Made by a program: the position numbers and the translations under genes | Shown: piece after piece, positions 1 through 12,100 of the stretch | How the letters are laid out: each line of letters opens with the position of its first letter | Numbering within the stretch: the stretch's first letter is position 1 | DNA from: Mobula hypostoma | Lineage: Eukaryota | Length of the DNA stretch: 64,000 bases | Direction: 5' to 3' | NCBI RefSeq assembly: GCF_963921235.1 | Contig: NC_086105.1 | Coordinates: 139,872,001 to 139,936,000 of the forward strand | The notes under the pieces: model-generated | Told to the model about the DNA's origin: nothing | The model's database searches: none | Seen by the model: only the letters and a program-made list of their open reading frames with translations

Positions 1-262
1 TAGGAAAAACTTCTTCACACAGAGAGTGGTGAATCTGTGGAATTCTCTGCCACAGGAAACAGTTGAGGCCAGTTCATTGGCTATATTTAAGAGGGAGTTA
101 GATATGGCCCTTGTGGCTACGGGGATCAGGGGGTATGGAGGGAAGGCTGGGGCGGGGTTCTGAGTTGGATGATCAGCCATGATCATAATAAATGGTGGTG
201 CAGGCTCGAAGGGCCGAATGGCCTACTCCTGCATCTATTTTCTATGTTTCTATGTTTCTATG
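1..262 (+). mobile_element. CR1 LINE 3' end (young family, HER1-like) with (TTTCTATG)n tail
   Basis: Encodes RKNFFTQRVVNLWNSLPQ (CR1 ORF2 C-terminus), a GGCCGAATGGCC hairpin and an octamer tail; ~95% identical by eye to the reverse complement of 58783-59035. Confidence 0.9.
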
Positions 263-723
263 ATCAGTGAAGTCCAGAGAGTAAAGGTGAAAATTAAACT
301 CCAGATCTCGGTGTGTCTGGAGCTGTAGGGCTCGAAGGTTGAAGACAGAAGTTGGTGAGTCTGGAGGTAGAGGCCCAAATGGCATGTCTGAGTCGAGGCC
401 AGGGATCAGTGGTTGGAGGCCCAATGTCTGTAAGTCCAGGATCAAGGACTGGAGGTTTGGAGGCACCTTGACCTGGGTTGAAGGCGTGCCTGTGTGTGAC
501 GGGGGCTTGGTGGATGTGTGGGAGAGTGGGAAAGGGGCTTGTGTTGCGGCTGTTGTTGCCTCTTGTGTTGTTCTGTTGAACATTGTAGGCATGCTACACT
601 GGTGCTAGAGTGTGTGGCGACACTTGCGAGCTGCCCCCGGCACATCCTTGGGTGTGTCGGCTGCAAATGACACATTTCACTGCATGTTTGAATGTACATG
701 TGAAAAATGGGCAAATGGGACTA

Positions 724-957
724 CACTTTGGCCACTTTATTCGGTACAGGAGTGGCACCTGGTTCCGTAGCCCATTTATTTCAAGGTCTGATGTATTGTG
801 CATTCAGAGATGCTGTTTGCACACTATTGTTGTAACGTGTGATTATTTAAGTTACTGTCACCTTCTTGTCTGCTTTAACCAATCTGGCCATTTTCCCCTG
901 ACAAGGCATTTTAGTCCACAGAACTATTGAGCAGGTGTACAAAGTGGCCACTGGGTG
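724..957. mobile_element. Tc1/mariner non-autonomous element (internally deleted)
   Basis: TA-flanked inverted ends CACTTTGGCCACTTTATT...AAAGTGGCCACTGGGTG; interior matches the copy at 42395-42903. Confidence 0.75.
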
Positions 958-1418
958 TAGTTACATGGGTAACTTGGAAGGGAACAGCTACAATTATTGA
1001 CTTCAGTTTCTCACTCTGTTGGTTAGTGAATCTTATCTATGGCATCGTTAACACAATGACCAATGAAGGGACATTTTCAAATTTTTGTAGAAACTATTAG
1101 CTACTTTGTTAAAACAAAAAAAAAACTAGAAATGCTTTTCCTGAACGTTGTTTAAAATGCAGTTGAAACCATGCTCTGAGTTTTAAAAGCTTGAATTATT
1201 CTTGAATCCAGAAATTCCGTTGAGCTGACTGCGATTGAAAGTGACCTTGAATTTCACAGATAATTGATTTTTATTTATGTTCTTTGAAACCATTCACTAT
1301 ATTAACAAATTAATAGGCTCATGCTTGTGCTGCACTTCTTTACACGTTGACAGATCCTTTAGATTAATTTGTTTGAAAATTAATTTTTCCTGCAGTGGAG
1401 TAGAGCTAATAGGACTTG

Positions 1419-2154
1419 ATAGTCATAGTCATACTTTATTGATCCCTGGGGGAAATTGGTTTTCGTTACAGTTGCAGCATAAATAATTAAATAGTAATAA
1501 AACCATAAATAGTTAGATAGTAATATGTAAATTATGCCAGGAAATAAGTCCAGGACCAGCCTATTGGCTCAGGGTGTCTGACCCTCCAAGGGAGGAGTTG
1601 TAAAGTTTGAGGGCCACAGGCAGGAATGACTTCCTGTGACGCTCAGTGTTGCATATCGGTGGAATGAGTCTCTGGCTGAATGTACTCCTGTGCCCACCCA
1701 GTACGTTATGCAGTGGATGGGAGACATTGACCAAGATGGCATGCAACTTGGACAGCATCCTCTTTTCAGACACCACCGTCAGAGAGTCCAGTTCCATCCC
1801 CACAACATCACTGGCCTTACGAATGAGTTTGTTGATTCTGTTGGTGTCTGCTACCTTCAACCTGCTGCCCCAGCACACAATAGCAAACATAATAGCACTG
1901 GCTACCACAGACTCGTAGAATATCCTCAGCATCGTCCGGCAGATGTTAAAGGACCTCAGTCTCCTCAGGAAATAGAGACGGCTCTGACCCTTCTTGTGGA
2001 CAGCCTCAGTGTTCTTAGACCAGTCCAGTTTATTGTCAACTCATATCCCCAGGTATTTGTAATCCTCCACCATGTCCACACTGACCCCCTGGATGGAAAC
2101 AGGGGTCACCAGTGCCATAGCCCTCCTCAGATCTACCACCAGCTCCTTAGTCTT
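1419..2154 (-). mobile_element. Rex1/Babar-type (L2-related) LINE, 5'-truncated, (ATGACT)n tail
   Basis: ORF 1561-1932 is nearly identical to the C-terminus of ORF 15398-16219; microsatellite tail at ~1419-1432. Confidence 0.85.
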
Positions 2155-4570
2155 AGATTGATGTTTCAATCCCTATGATAAGTCGGCACTCTTGATATTG
2201 ACAGTGGGCTTGAAGTGGTGACAAGGAGGGTAGGTACGTCATCGGGGTCATCAGGTGGGCACCCTCCTTCTTTGACATTTTGTTGATAAGCCCACGACGT
2301 CTCCAGAGGGCTCAACAGTGCTACCTGGCGTCCCAGATACACCCCCCTCAGTTCCATTCCCTCCTGTCTTCATCTTGCAGCCCAGTTGTTGTCTGCCCTT
2401 TCAATCCAAATCCAATTACTGCTTTCTTCTGCTGCATTTGACAAGGACTTGATTGCTTGTTGGAGTGAATAACCCCTCACCCCCATCTTCCTCAATAGAC
2501 TAGTTGTAGATGTAGCCACGAATCCCCTGCATCCCACTTCTACAGGGAAAATCTTGGTCTTCCAGCCGTTCTGGGCAGCTTCAGTTGCCAGTTCAGAGTA
2601 CTTGGTTTTTTTCCTCTCACAAGCTTCTTCAACACCATCTTCCCATGGTACTGTCAATTCCACAACATATGCCAGCTTGGCTGTTGTGGACCACAGGACC
2701 ATGTCTGGCCAGAGTGTTGTAGCCGCAATGTCTGGGGGAAACACAAGCTTTTTTTCCCAAGTCCACGTCCACGTCCACGTCCATTTTCCAATCCCGAGCA
2801 ACCTGCAGAATGCTTACCTCTTTTGCTGTTACGTGGTGCTGTGGAGGTTGGCCTGCTGGTACAAATCATGTGATGTGAACATTTCTTGCCGATGTTTGCG
2901 GGAGAACATTTGTGGTGATTTGCCTCTGTTCCAAGATTGATGCCAGCTGTCTGAGAACTTGGTTATGCCGCCAAGTATACCGCCCCTGGCTGAGGCTCGT
3001 GGTGCATCCTGTTAAAATGTGCCTTAGTGATCCAGGTGCTTGACAAAGCGAGCAAGCGGGGTCTTCTCCCCACCACTGGTTCAGGTTCTGGGGTGTGGGT
3101 AGGAGGTCATAATTAGTTCTGATGATCCCTCCATTTCCCAGATGTCACGCCAGCTGAGCTTCCTCTTTTCCAGGCTCTCCCAATTAGTCCATTGGTCCTG
3201 CTTGGCCATTGAGTTGGCCCTGGTGTGTCACTCTGCCTCCTCCTGTCTTCTCACCTCCTCCACCATGAGCCATCTCTTCTGCACTGATGTTGCCTTGTGC
3301 CATTGAGGAGCCTTTGGGACAAGCCCAAGCCTGGCTCTCCCAAGTTGGGCTTGGCCAACCACATCCCTGAAGCGAAGAGCAGACTTAGCACTCTGAACAG
3401 CTTCAGATGGGGTTCACTTCCTCCCCGTTGCCACATGGGGGGCCGCTATTCGAATAACAGTATCTTCAGATTCACTGAGGGTCATGACCAACCTTGCTTT
3501 GGTGCATTTGAATTCTTCCACAAGACTTGCAATTAGTAATTCTAATTTGCCGTTCCTGTACAGTCCAACAGGACTTAAGCACTGTTACAGATGTGCGCTG
3601 ATCACTCTTTTGAGCTTTTCCACCTTGTTGGTGGGGATTTCATACACTGTTGAAGGCCACATGAGTCTTGGGAGTATGCCGAACTGGAAGCACCACAGCT
3701 TGAGTTTTCCTGGCAGCCAGGTCTTATTGATGCGAGCTGTGTACATGATGGTAGCCTTTTTCAGTTGTTTAAACTGCTCGGTGTCTTTGAGCTTAGCGTC
3801 ATACCATCAGCCCAGGCTCTTCATTGGCATTTCTGACACAGTTGGGACAGATATTCCATCAATATGAAATCTTTGATCTGTGACTTGACCTTTGACGATG
3901 GAGATGCTTCTCCACTTGCTGGGTTTGATCTTCATCCTCGCCCATGTGATGCTTTGACGCTTTTCCAGAAGTCTTTGGTGCAGGGGACAGTTGTCGTCAG
4001 TATTGCTATATCGTCCATATAGGCTCATATTGGTGGTAACCGTTGACCAAACTGAAGCCCTTTTCCTCCCGCAACCCATTTTGAGGCTCTGATAATGAGC
4101 TCCATTGCCATAGTGAAGGCCAATGGGGAGACGGTGCACCCCGCCATGATGCCTACTTCCAGTGGTTGCCACGCTGTGGTGAAGTCTGATGTTGTGAGAC
4201 AAACTTGTAGATCCTGGAAGTAGTATTTTACCAGATTTGTTATTGTTGCAGGCACCTGAAAGAATTCAAAAGCAGTCCGCAGTAGGGAATGAGGAACTGA
4301 TCCATAGGCGTTGGCCAGGTTGAGGAACAAGACAAGCAGATCCTTTCCTTCCTTCTTAGCCATCTGGATTTGATGCCATATGATGCAGGTACGTTCAAGG
4401 CATCCCGAGAAGCCTGCTATGCCAGCCTTTTGGATTGAAGTATCAATGAAATGGTTTTGTTTCAGATACTTTGTAAGTCTTTGCGCCAACACGCTGAGAA
4501 AGATCTTGCCTTCTATGTTCAGAAGGTTTATTTGGCGAAACTATTCGATGGTGGATGAATTCTTTCCAAA
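2155..4570 (-). mobile_element. Hero-clade (R2-group) non-LTR retrotransposon with RT and restriction-like endonuclease, 5'-truncated, degenerate
   Basis: RT motifs (IQKAGIAGFSGCLE, NLANAYGSVPH, GIMAGCTVSPLAF), CCHC knuckle remnant near 2970-3060, RLE motif PDMVLW...VELTVPWE...RKKTKY...PVEVGCRGF in ORF 2370-2801. Confidence 0.8.
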
Positions 4571-4854
4571 ATTACTCAGCTAAATGCTTTTACTCCTATA
4601 TTATGCTGATACGATATCAGCCCTGCAAATTCAAAGATATCTTAAGAGTGCCTTACGTATTTATAGAGGACATGGTTTTAATTTAATCTATTTTTCCTCT
4701 GTGTTAGACCTTCAGTTTGGTGCCCATAGTTATTCTTAGTTTTTGTCAGTCTGTCTAATGGACATTTGACCAGGAATCCACTGTAGATACTTACGGTGTA
4801 TTTCCATGTTTGGGCATTGATTTTGAAAGTGATCAACAGTAAGTGTTTGATAGC

Positions 4855-5240
4855 TCTGGGCCTGTAGTCACTGGAGTTTAGAAGAATAGTGGTGGTGGGG
4901 TGGGGAAGGGGGAATGGGAAATCTCACCTGTCGAATATTGGTAGGCCTAGATAGAGTGGACATGGAAAGGATCTTTCCTATAGTTGGAGAGTCTAGGACC
5001 AGGGGACCCAGCCTCAGAGTAGAAAGACTTAGAACACAGGAATTTCTTTAGCCAGGGGGTAGGGAATCTATGGAACTCATTGCCACAACTGTGGAGGCCA
5101 GCTCATGGAGTATATTTAAAGTGGAGGTTGATAGATTCTTGTTAGTAAGAGCGTCCAAAGTTATGGGGAAAGAGCAGGAGAATGGGATTATAAATCAGCC
5201 ATGATAAAATGGTGGAGCAAACTTGATAGGCCAAATTACC
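4855..5240 (+). mobile_element. CR1 LINE 3' fragment, degenerate
   Basis: ctggagtttagaagaat...ggaatttctttagccag...gtggaggttgatagattctt...tcagccatgat matches the other CR1 3' ends in the window. Confidence 0.75.
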
Positions 5241-6014
5241 TCATTCTCACCCTGTGCCTTACCGTTTAACAATCTGTAAAAGCTGACATTCAGGTTGCAA
5301 ATATGCTAGCCTTACGCAATGCAACTAGGACACTTCACTTCAGTATTATGCTCAGCTTCAAGTCCATATTAAAGATGTACCTGCTCTGTAAACCTTAATA
5401 TTGGTAAGAAACTAAGTTGCTTTGCATTGGCGTCACTGACATAAATGAATGATATCAATTTCCTCTGATAAGTAAATCTGTAATCATTTATATGCCTATA
5501 ATATAGTGTCGGTTCCTCTGTAGTTAGATGTCAGTGAGTTTTAATTGAACTTGGAGGTGTTGTAATAAAAAAAAAGTTGCAATAATCCATGATCTTATTA
5601 AATGGTGGTAGAGGGGCCCCATAATTATATTTTTGTTGTGTTGATGTCCTAAGACAATTAGTTGTTTTTTCTCATTTTCATGGTTTAGATAAAATGTCAC
5701 TTTTTTTTAAATATAGACCATTACCTCATTACCACGACTGGGGATTTTTCATCTTTATGATCCCTCATTTGTGCAAGCAGTGTAGATCCAGTGCAGTAAC
5801 ACATGAAACTATGCCAGTTCTTATGCAGATAGGTCTTCAGCATCCCCATGCATGGCATTCTCTGCAGACCTATTTGTCCAAAACAAATATTATTCTAATG
5901 GTCATGTCCCCAAAAACAGTCCAGTCTTGAGTTCAGCTAGCTCTGAACAATGAGAAGGTAGATCTTTCAAAATATTTTACGACCATACTTGCGTGCAGGT
6001 TCTCGTAATCAGAT

Positions 6015-8590
6015 ACACAAAATTCTCTGCAAATGCTGCAGTCAAAGCAACACTCACAACACGCTGGAGGAACTCAGCAGGTCGGGCAGCATCCGTGGAA
6101 ATGATCAGTCAAAGTTTCGGGCTGGAACCCTTCATCAGGACTGAAGAGGGAAGGGGCAGAGGCCTTATAAAGAAGGTGGGAAGGAGAAGGCTGGTAGGTT
6201 CCAGGTGAAAAACCAGTAAGGGTAACGATAAAGGGGTGGGGGAGGGGAAGCAGGGAGGTGATAGGCAGGAAAGGTGAAGAAGGAATAGGTGAAAGCACAA
6301 TGGGTAGTAGAAGGAGGCAAAACCATGAGGGAGGTAGTAGGCAGCTGGAGGAGGGGGCAGAGTGAAACTGGGATAGGGGAAGGGAGGGGGAGGAAATTAC
6401 CAGAAGTTGGAGAATTCGGTGTTCGTACCAAGGGGCTGGAGACTACCCAGACGGTATATGAGGTGTTGCTCCTCCAACCTGAGTTTGGCCTCATCATGGC
6501 AGTAGAGGAGGCCATGTATGGACATATCCGAATGGGAATGTGAAGCAGAGTTGAAGTGGGTGGCTACTGGGAGATCCTGTCTGTTGTGGTGGATGGAGCG
6601 GAGGTGCTCGATGAAGCGGTCCCCCAATCTGCATCAGGTTTCACCGATGTAGAGGAGGCCGCACCGGGACCACTAGATGCAGTAGATGACTCCAACAGTC
6701 TCGCAAGTGAAGTGTTGCCTCATCTGCAAGGACTGTTTGGGGCCCTGAATGGTGGCAAGAGAGGAGGTGTAGGGACAGGTGTAGCACTTACGCTTACATG
6801 GATGAGTGCCAGGTGGGAGATCCGTGGGGAGGGACGTGTGGACCAGGGAGTCACGGAGAGAATGATCCCTGCAGAAAGCGGAGAGGGTGGAGGGAAAAGA
6901 TGTGCTTAGTGGTGGGGTCCTGTTGAAGGTGGTGGAAGTTGCGGAGGATAATGTGCTGGATCCAGAGGCTGGTGTGGTGGTAGGTGAGGGCAAGGGGAAC
7001 TCTGTCCCTGTTGTGGTGGTGGGAGGATGGGGTGAGGGCTGAAGTGCAGGAAATGGAGGAGATGTGGGTGAGGGCATCATTGATGACAGGAGAAGGGAAA
7101 CCACAATCCTTAAAGAAAGAGGACATTTGCGATGTCCTGGAATGAAAAGCCTCATCCTGGGAGCAGATGCGGCGGAGACAGAGGAACTGGGAATAGGGAA
7201 TGGCATTTTTGCATGTGGCAGGGTGGGAAGAGGTATAGTCGAGGTAGTTATGAGAGTCAGTGGGCTTATAGAAGATGTCAGTGGACAGTCTGTCTCCAGA
7301 GATGGAGACCAAGAGATCGAGAAAGGGGAGAGAAGTGTCCGAGATAGACCAAGTGAATTTGAGGGCTGGGTGGAAGTTTGAAGTAAAGTCGATGAAATTG
7401 ACGAGCTCAGCATGGGTGCAGGAAGCAGCACCAATGTAGTCGTCGATGTAGCGAAGGAAAAGTTGGGGAGCAGTACCAGAATAGGTTTGGAGCACAGACT
7501 GTTCCACATAACCAATGAAGAGGCAGGCATAGCTGGGGCCCAGGCGAGTGCCCATAGCTACACCCTTAGCCTGAAGAAAGTGGGAAGAGCCAAAAGAGAA
7601 GTTATTAAGTGTGAGTACCAGTTCCGTCAACTGGAGGAGGGTAGTGGTGGTGGGGAACTGGTGAGGTCTATTGTCCAGAAAGTAGCGGAGGGCTTTGAGG
7701 CCTTCTTGATGGGGAATGGAAGTGTATGAGGATTGGACATTCATAGTGAAAATGAAGCAGTTGGGACCAGGGAACTGGAAGTTATTGAAGAGGTGGAGGG
7801 CATGGGATGTATCCTGGATGTAGGTGGGGAGGGACTGAACTATGGGTGACAAAATGGAGTCCAGATAGGCAGATACAAGTTTGGTGGGGCAGGAGCAGGC
7901 AGAAACTATGGGTCTGCCAGGACAGTCAGGCTTGAGGATCTTGGGGAGGAGGTAAAACCGAGCAGTGCGGGGTGTGGGAATTGAGTTTGGTGGCTGAATC
8001 GGGAAGGTCTCTGGAGTTGATAAGGGCGGTGATGGTATGGGAGACAATGGTTTGATGTTTTTTGTTGCAGTCCTGTTCCAGGGGTAAGTAAGAGGAGGTG
8101 TCAGAGAGCTGCCGTTTGGTCTTAGTGAGGTAGAGGTCCGTCTGCCAGACTACAACGGCACCACCTTTGCGGGTTTGATGGTGAGGTTGGGATTAGTGCG
8201 GAGAGAGTGGAGGGCAGTGCGTTCAGAGGGAGTGAGGTTGGAACAGGAGACAGGAGTGGTGAAGTTGAGACGGTTGATGTCTCGGCGACAGTTGGACTTG
8301 AAAAAATCGAGTGCAGGTAGAAGGCCCGGGTGGGGTATCCAGGAGGAGGGTTGAAGACGGGAGAAGGGGGTCATCAGTGAGGGAGGGGAATCCTTGCCAA
8401 AGAAGTAGGCTCGGAGATGTAGGCAACGGAAGAAGAGTTCAGTGTCATGGCGGGCACGGAACTCACTGAGGTGTGGACAGAGGGGGACATAAGTGAGGCC
8501 CTTGCTAAGGACAGAACGTTCTGCCTCAGAGAGGGGAAGGTCAGAGGGGATGGTGAAGACTCCGCAAGGGCTGGGGTCAGAGGAGGGTAA
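6015..8590 (-). mobile_element. Penelope-like element (RT + GIY-YIG endonuclease), frameshifted, with 3' terminal repeat
   Basis: ORF 6851-8047 has RFYLLPKI..PGRPIVS, GVAMGTRLGPSYA and FLRYIDD. GIY-YIG remnants are HFTCETVGVIYCI, GDRFIEHLRSI, VATHFN and LEEQHLIYRLGSLQP. Confidence 0.92.
6105..6144 (-). ncRNA. Minimal type I hammerhead ribozyme motif in Penelope 3' terminus
   Basis: TCAGTC-CTGATGA-A-GGGT(TCCA)GCCC-GAAA-C-TTT-GACTGA: 6-bp helix I, both core boxes, 4-bp helix II, loopless helix III carrying one mismatch. Confidence 0.7.
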
Positions 8591-10700
8591 AGCCTGTGTT
8601 CCCAGTCTACACTAGCCAAATCCTCCTCCATCCCATTGTAGTCTTCATTGTTTAGGCATAATACACTGGTTTTAGACTGAACTATTGCACCTTCCATTCG
8701 TATGAGAAACTCAGTCATACTGTGATTACCCTTTCCAAGAGAATCCCTAACTACAAGGTCACTAATTTTACCTGTCTCATTGCACAGGACCAGATCTAAG
8801 AAGGCACATTCCCTTGTAGGTTCAGTAACATGCTGTTCAAGAAACCGACTACAGATGCATTCCATGAAGTCCTTCTCAAGGCTGCCTCAACCAACTTGAT
8901 TCACCCAATCTGTGTGCAGTTTAAAGTCCTCCATGATACCTGCTGTTCCATTCTTACATGCCTCAGATATTTCTGTTTATTGCCTGTGCCACTGTAATGT
9001 TATTATTTGGTGGCCAATAGACAACTCCCACCAGTGAGTTTTTTTCCCCCATTACTATTCCTAATCTCTACCCAGATGGATTCAACATTCTGCTCCTTAG
9101 ATCTTATATCATCTCTCACTATTGGCCTGATTTCATCTTTAATTAAGAGCACTACCCCACCTCCCTTACCTTCCTGCTTATCCTTCCGTATTACCTGATA
9201 TCCATGGATATTTAATTCCCAGTCCTCTCCACCCTGCAACCACCTCTCTGTAATTGCCACTAAATCATACCCCCTTATACTGATTAGTGACACGAGTTCA
9301 CTGCCCTTGTTTCGAATACTACAGGCATTCAAATAAAGTGCTCTTACACTCATTGTGCTTTTAAAATCTTGCAATCTGTTACTCTTTTGCACTTGACTTT
9401 TCTTCACTCCACTCTTACTTTTCTCTTTTATTATCTTTTGCTTTTTCTTTATCCACATTTCTTTTTTACTTTATCCATAGTTCTCTAATCTGTTGACCCC
9501 CTCCCCCTCACTATTTAGTTTAAAGCCCTATCCACAGCCCTAATTATGCAATTCACTAGGATCCAGGTCCCATCACAGTTCAGGTGGAGCCCATCCCATT
9601 GGTACAGCTCCCTCCTTCCCCAATACTGGTGCCAATTTCCCATGAATTCAAACCCACTTCTCCCATACCAATGTTTGAGCCACACATTTAACTCTCTACT
9701 CTTCTTAACCCTGTGCCAATTTGTACATGGTTTAGGTAGTAATCCAGAGATTACCACCTTTTTGGTTCTGCTTTTTAATTTAGTTCCTAGCTGCTCAAAT
9801 TCCCTTAGCAGAACCATTTTCCTCGTTCTACCTATATTGTTGTACCCGCATGGACCATGACAACTGGACCTTTCCCCTCCCTCTGCAAATTCCTCTGCTG
9901 GTCAGATAAGTTGTCCTGAATCCCGGCATCAGGCAGGCAACACAGCCTTTGGGACGCTCTATCCTCACGAAGGAGAACTCTGTCTATTCCTCTGACTATA
10001 CTATCCCCAATTACCACTACATTTCTCTTATGTTCCCCCACTTGCATGGTTCTCTGAACTACAGTTAGCCCCCACTCTCATCCACACAGGGAGCAAGAAT
10101 CTCAGACACGTTGGACAAGCTCAAGAGCTGAGGCTCCGCCAGCACTGTTTCTTGGATCCCACTACCTGCCTCATTCGCAGTCACACCCTCTTGCCCCTGA
10201 CCACAGACCGAATTTAGGCAGCTTTGAAACAGAGCATTCAGGTAACTCTTTCCCTCCTTGATGTGCCAGTCTTTGAAACTCGTATTCCACATCATCAACC
10301 TTGAGCCCGAGTTCTTCGAGCAGCCAACACTTGCTGCGGATGTGGTCACCAGGAACCACAATGGGGTCCACCAGCTCCCACGTAATGCAGCTACAGCACA
10401 GCACTTGATCCTGCATCATCCCTTTAAGTCGCTGTAATTTAGTGACTTTTTAATTCAACCACTACAAAAGCCTTACCTGGTACTTAACCTGTGCCTCCTT
10501 GCCGAAGCCTCTTGAGCCAAAGCCTCAAGTTCCCACTCCTACACTGGTCCACTCACACAGTGGCTGCTCTCCTTTGACCCTGCTTTACTTTTATTTGCTC
10601 TTGCTAATGAATTGTGAATTGATTGGTCCACCGTTAATGCACTGAGCCCTGCGAAACACTCCTTTTTTAATCTCTTCTCCCCGACCTGTGCGAAGCTCTC
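8591..10700 (-). mobile_element. CR1 LINE 5' half (ORF1 Zn-finger/SGNH esterase plus ORF2 APE endonuclease start), degenerate
   Basis: CCSCITWE, VIGDSIVRG, HAGT, DGLHLN, YLNACSIRNK..VAITERW, GGGVVLLIK and EPTRECAFLDLVL in ORFs 8374-10419. Confidence 0.88.
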
Positions 10701-10734
10701 TCTTTCTGCAAATCAATTGGTCCATCGCTATTGC

Positions 10735-11215
10735 TAATATGAAGCATACTGTCTGGATGCATCACAGTTTGGTATAGCAACTACTCCGCACGTGACTGCA
10801 AGAAACTGTAGAGTGTTGTAGACACAGCTCAATACATAACAGGAACCAGCCTTACCTGCATAGATTCTGTCTATAGTTCTCACTCCCTCATAAAACAGCC
10901 AGCATTGTCAAAAATCCCACCGACCCCAGACATTCTGTTCTCCCTTCTCCCATTGGGCAGAAGATATGAAAACCTGGAAGCACAGACCACCAGGCTCGAG
11001 GGCAGCTTCTATCCCACTGTTAGCAGATTCTTGAACGCATCTCTTGTACAATAAGATGGACTCCTGACCTCATGATATACCTCATTAAGATCTTACATTT
11101 TATTGTTTACTGTGGTCGTTTTTACACTTTATTCTGTGTGGTTGTTGTCTTACCTGATCATAGCTCAGTATTAAGGCAAGCTTTTCACTATGTTGGTACA
11201 TATGACAATAACAAA
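10735..11215 (+). mobile_element. L2/Rex-type LINE 3' fragment, degenerate
   Basis: Translates to SILSGCITVWYSN-like sequence; the 3' end tacatatgacaataac resembles L2 tails. Confidence 0.65.
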
Positions 11216-11759
11216 TTAATGGTGTAATTGTCTGCAGGTATCTGCCTCCAAGCTTTTGTAGCTCAGTTCTTGTATCTGTACAGCCAAATACACAAATTCA
11301 AAACAAGCCCAGGGTCAAACGCCTGTGATTCTGACCTCTCCCTCCACTGCTGCACCTGCCATTGAACCAGCTTGGCAGAGAGATTGGCTTGACCCATCCT
11401 GCTCCTTTGTATGATGGCTCATTGAAGAGAATCACTGAACCTTTCAAAAAAAAGGTTCTGCCTATATGACATAGAAGAGTACAGTGCAATACAGGCCCAC
11501 AATATGGGCCAAATAGTGTTCTGCTGACTTGTTAACCTACTCCAAGATCAATCTGATGCTTCCTCTCACATAACCCTCCATTTTTCTTTCAGGCCTACCT
11601 CTCTAAGATACCACCATATAATGAGGTTATTTTTCATGTTCCTCTGCCTCCATCCATTATCTAGCTACTGTTTCCTCCCACCTCCACTTATTCCTTCCCA
11701 CGTTTGGCTAAACCTACCAGTTATCCTAAGTCCAGCAATCATCTCAGGCTTCTGTCTTT

Positions 11760-12100
11760 CCATTCTATAAGACATAGGAGCAGAAGTAGGCCACTTGGCC
11801 CATTAAGTCTGTTCTACCATTCCACTGTGGCTGATTTATTAACCCTCTCAACCCCATTCTCCTACCTTTTCCCCATACAAGAGCCTATCAACCTCAGCTT
11901 CAAATATACCCAATGACTTGGCCTCCAGCCATTGGCGGCAATGAATTCCACAGATTCACCACTTTCTAGCTGAAGAAATTCCTCCACACCTCTGTTCTAA
12001 AGAACATCTCTCTATTCTGACGCTATACCCTTTGGTCTTAGACACCCCCACAAAATCTCCACATCCACTCAATCTATGCCTTTTAAAATTCGATAGGTTT
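11760..12100 (-). mobile_element. CR1 LINE 3' fragment
   Basis: gacataggagcagaagtaggcc...gaattccacagattcaccact..., the reverse complement of the CR1 3' end. Confidence 0.75.

Noticed and set aside
11400-11440. Beta/gamma-crystallin-like motif VILFNEPSYKG
   Set aside because: The similarity is too short and the rest of the Greek-key motif is not evident.
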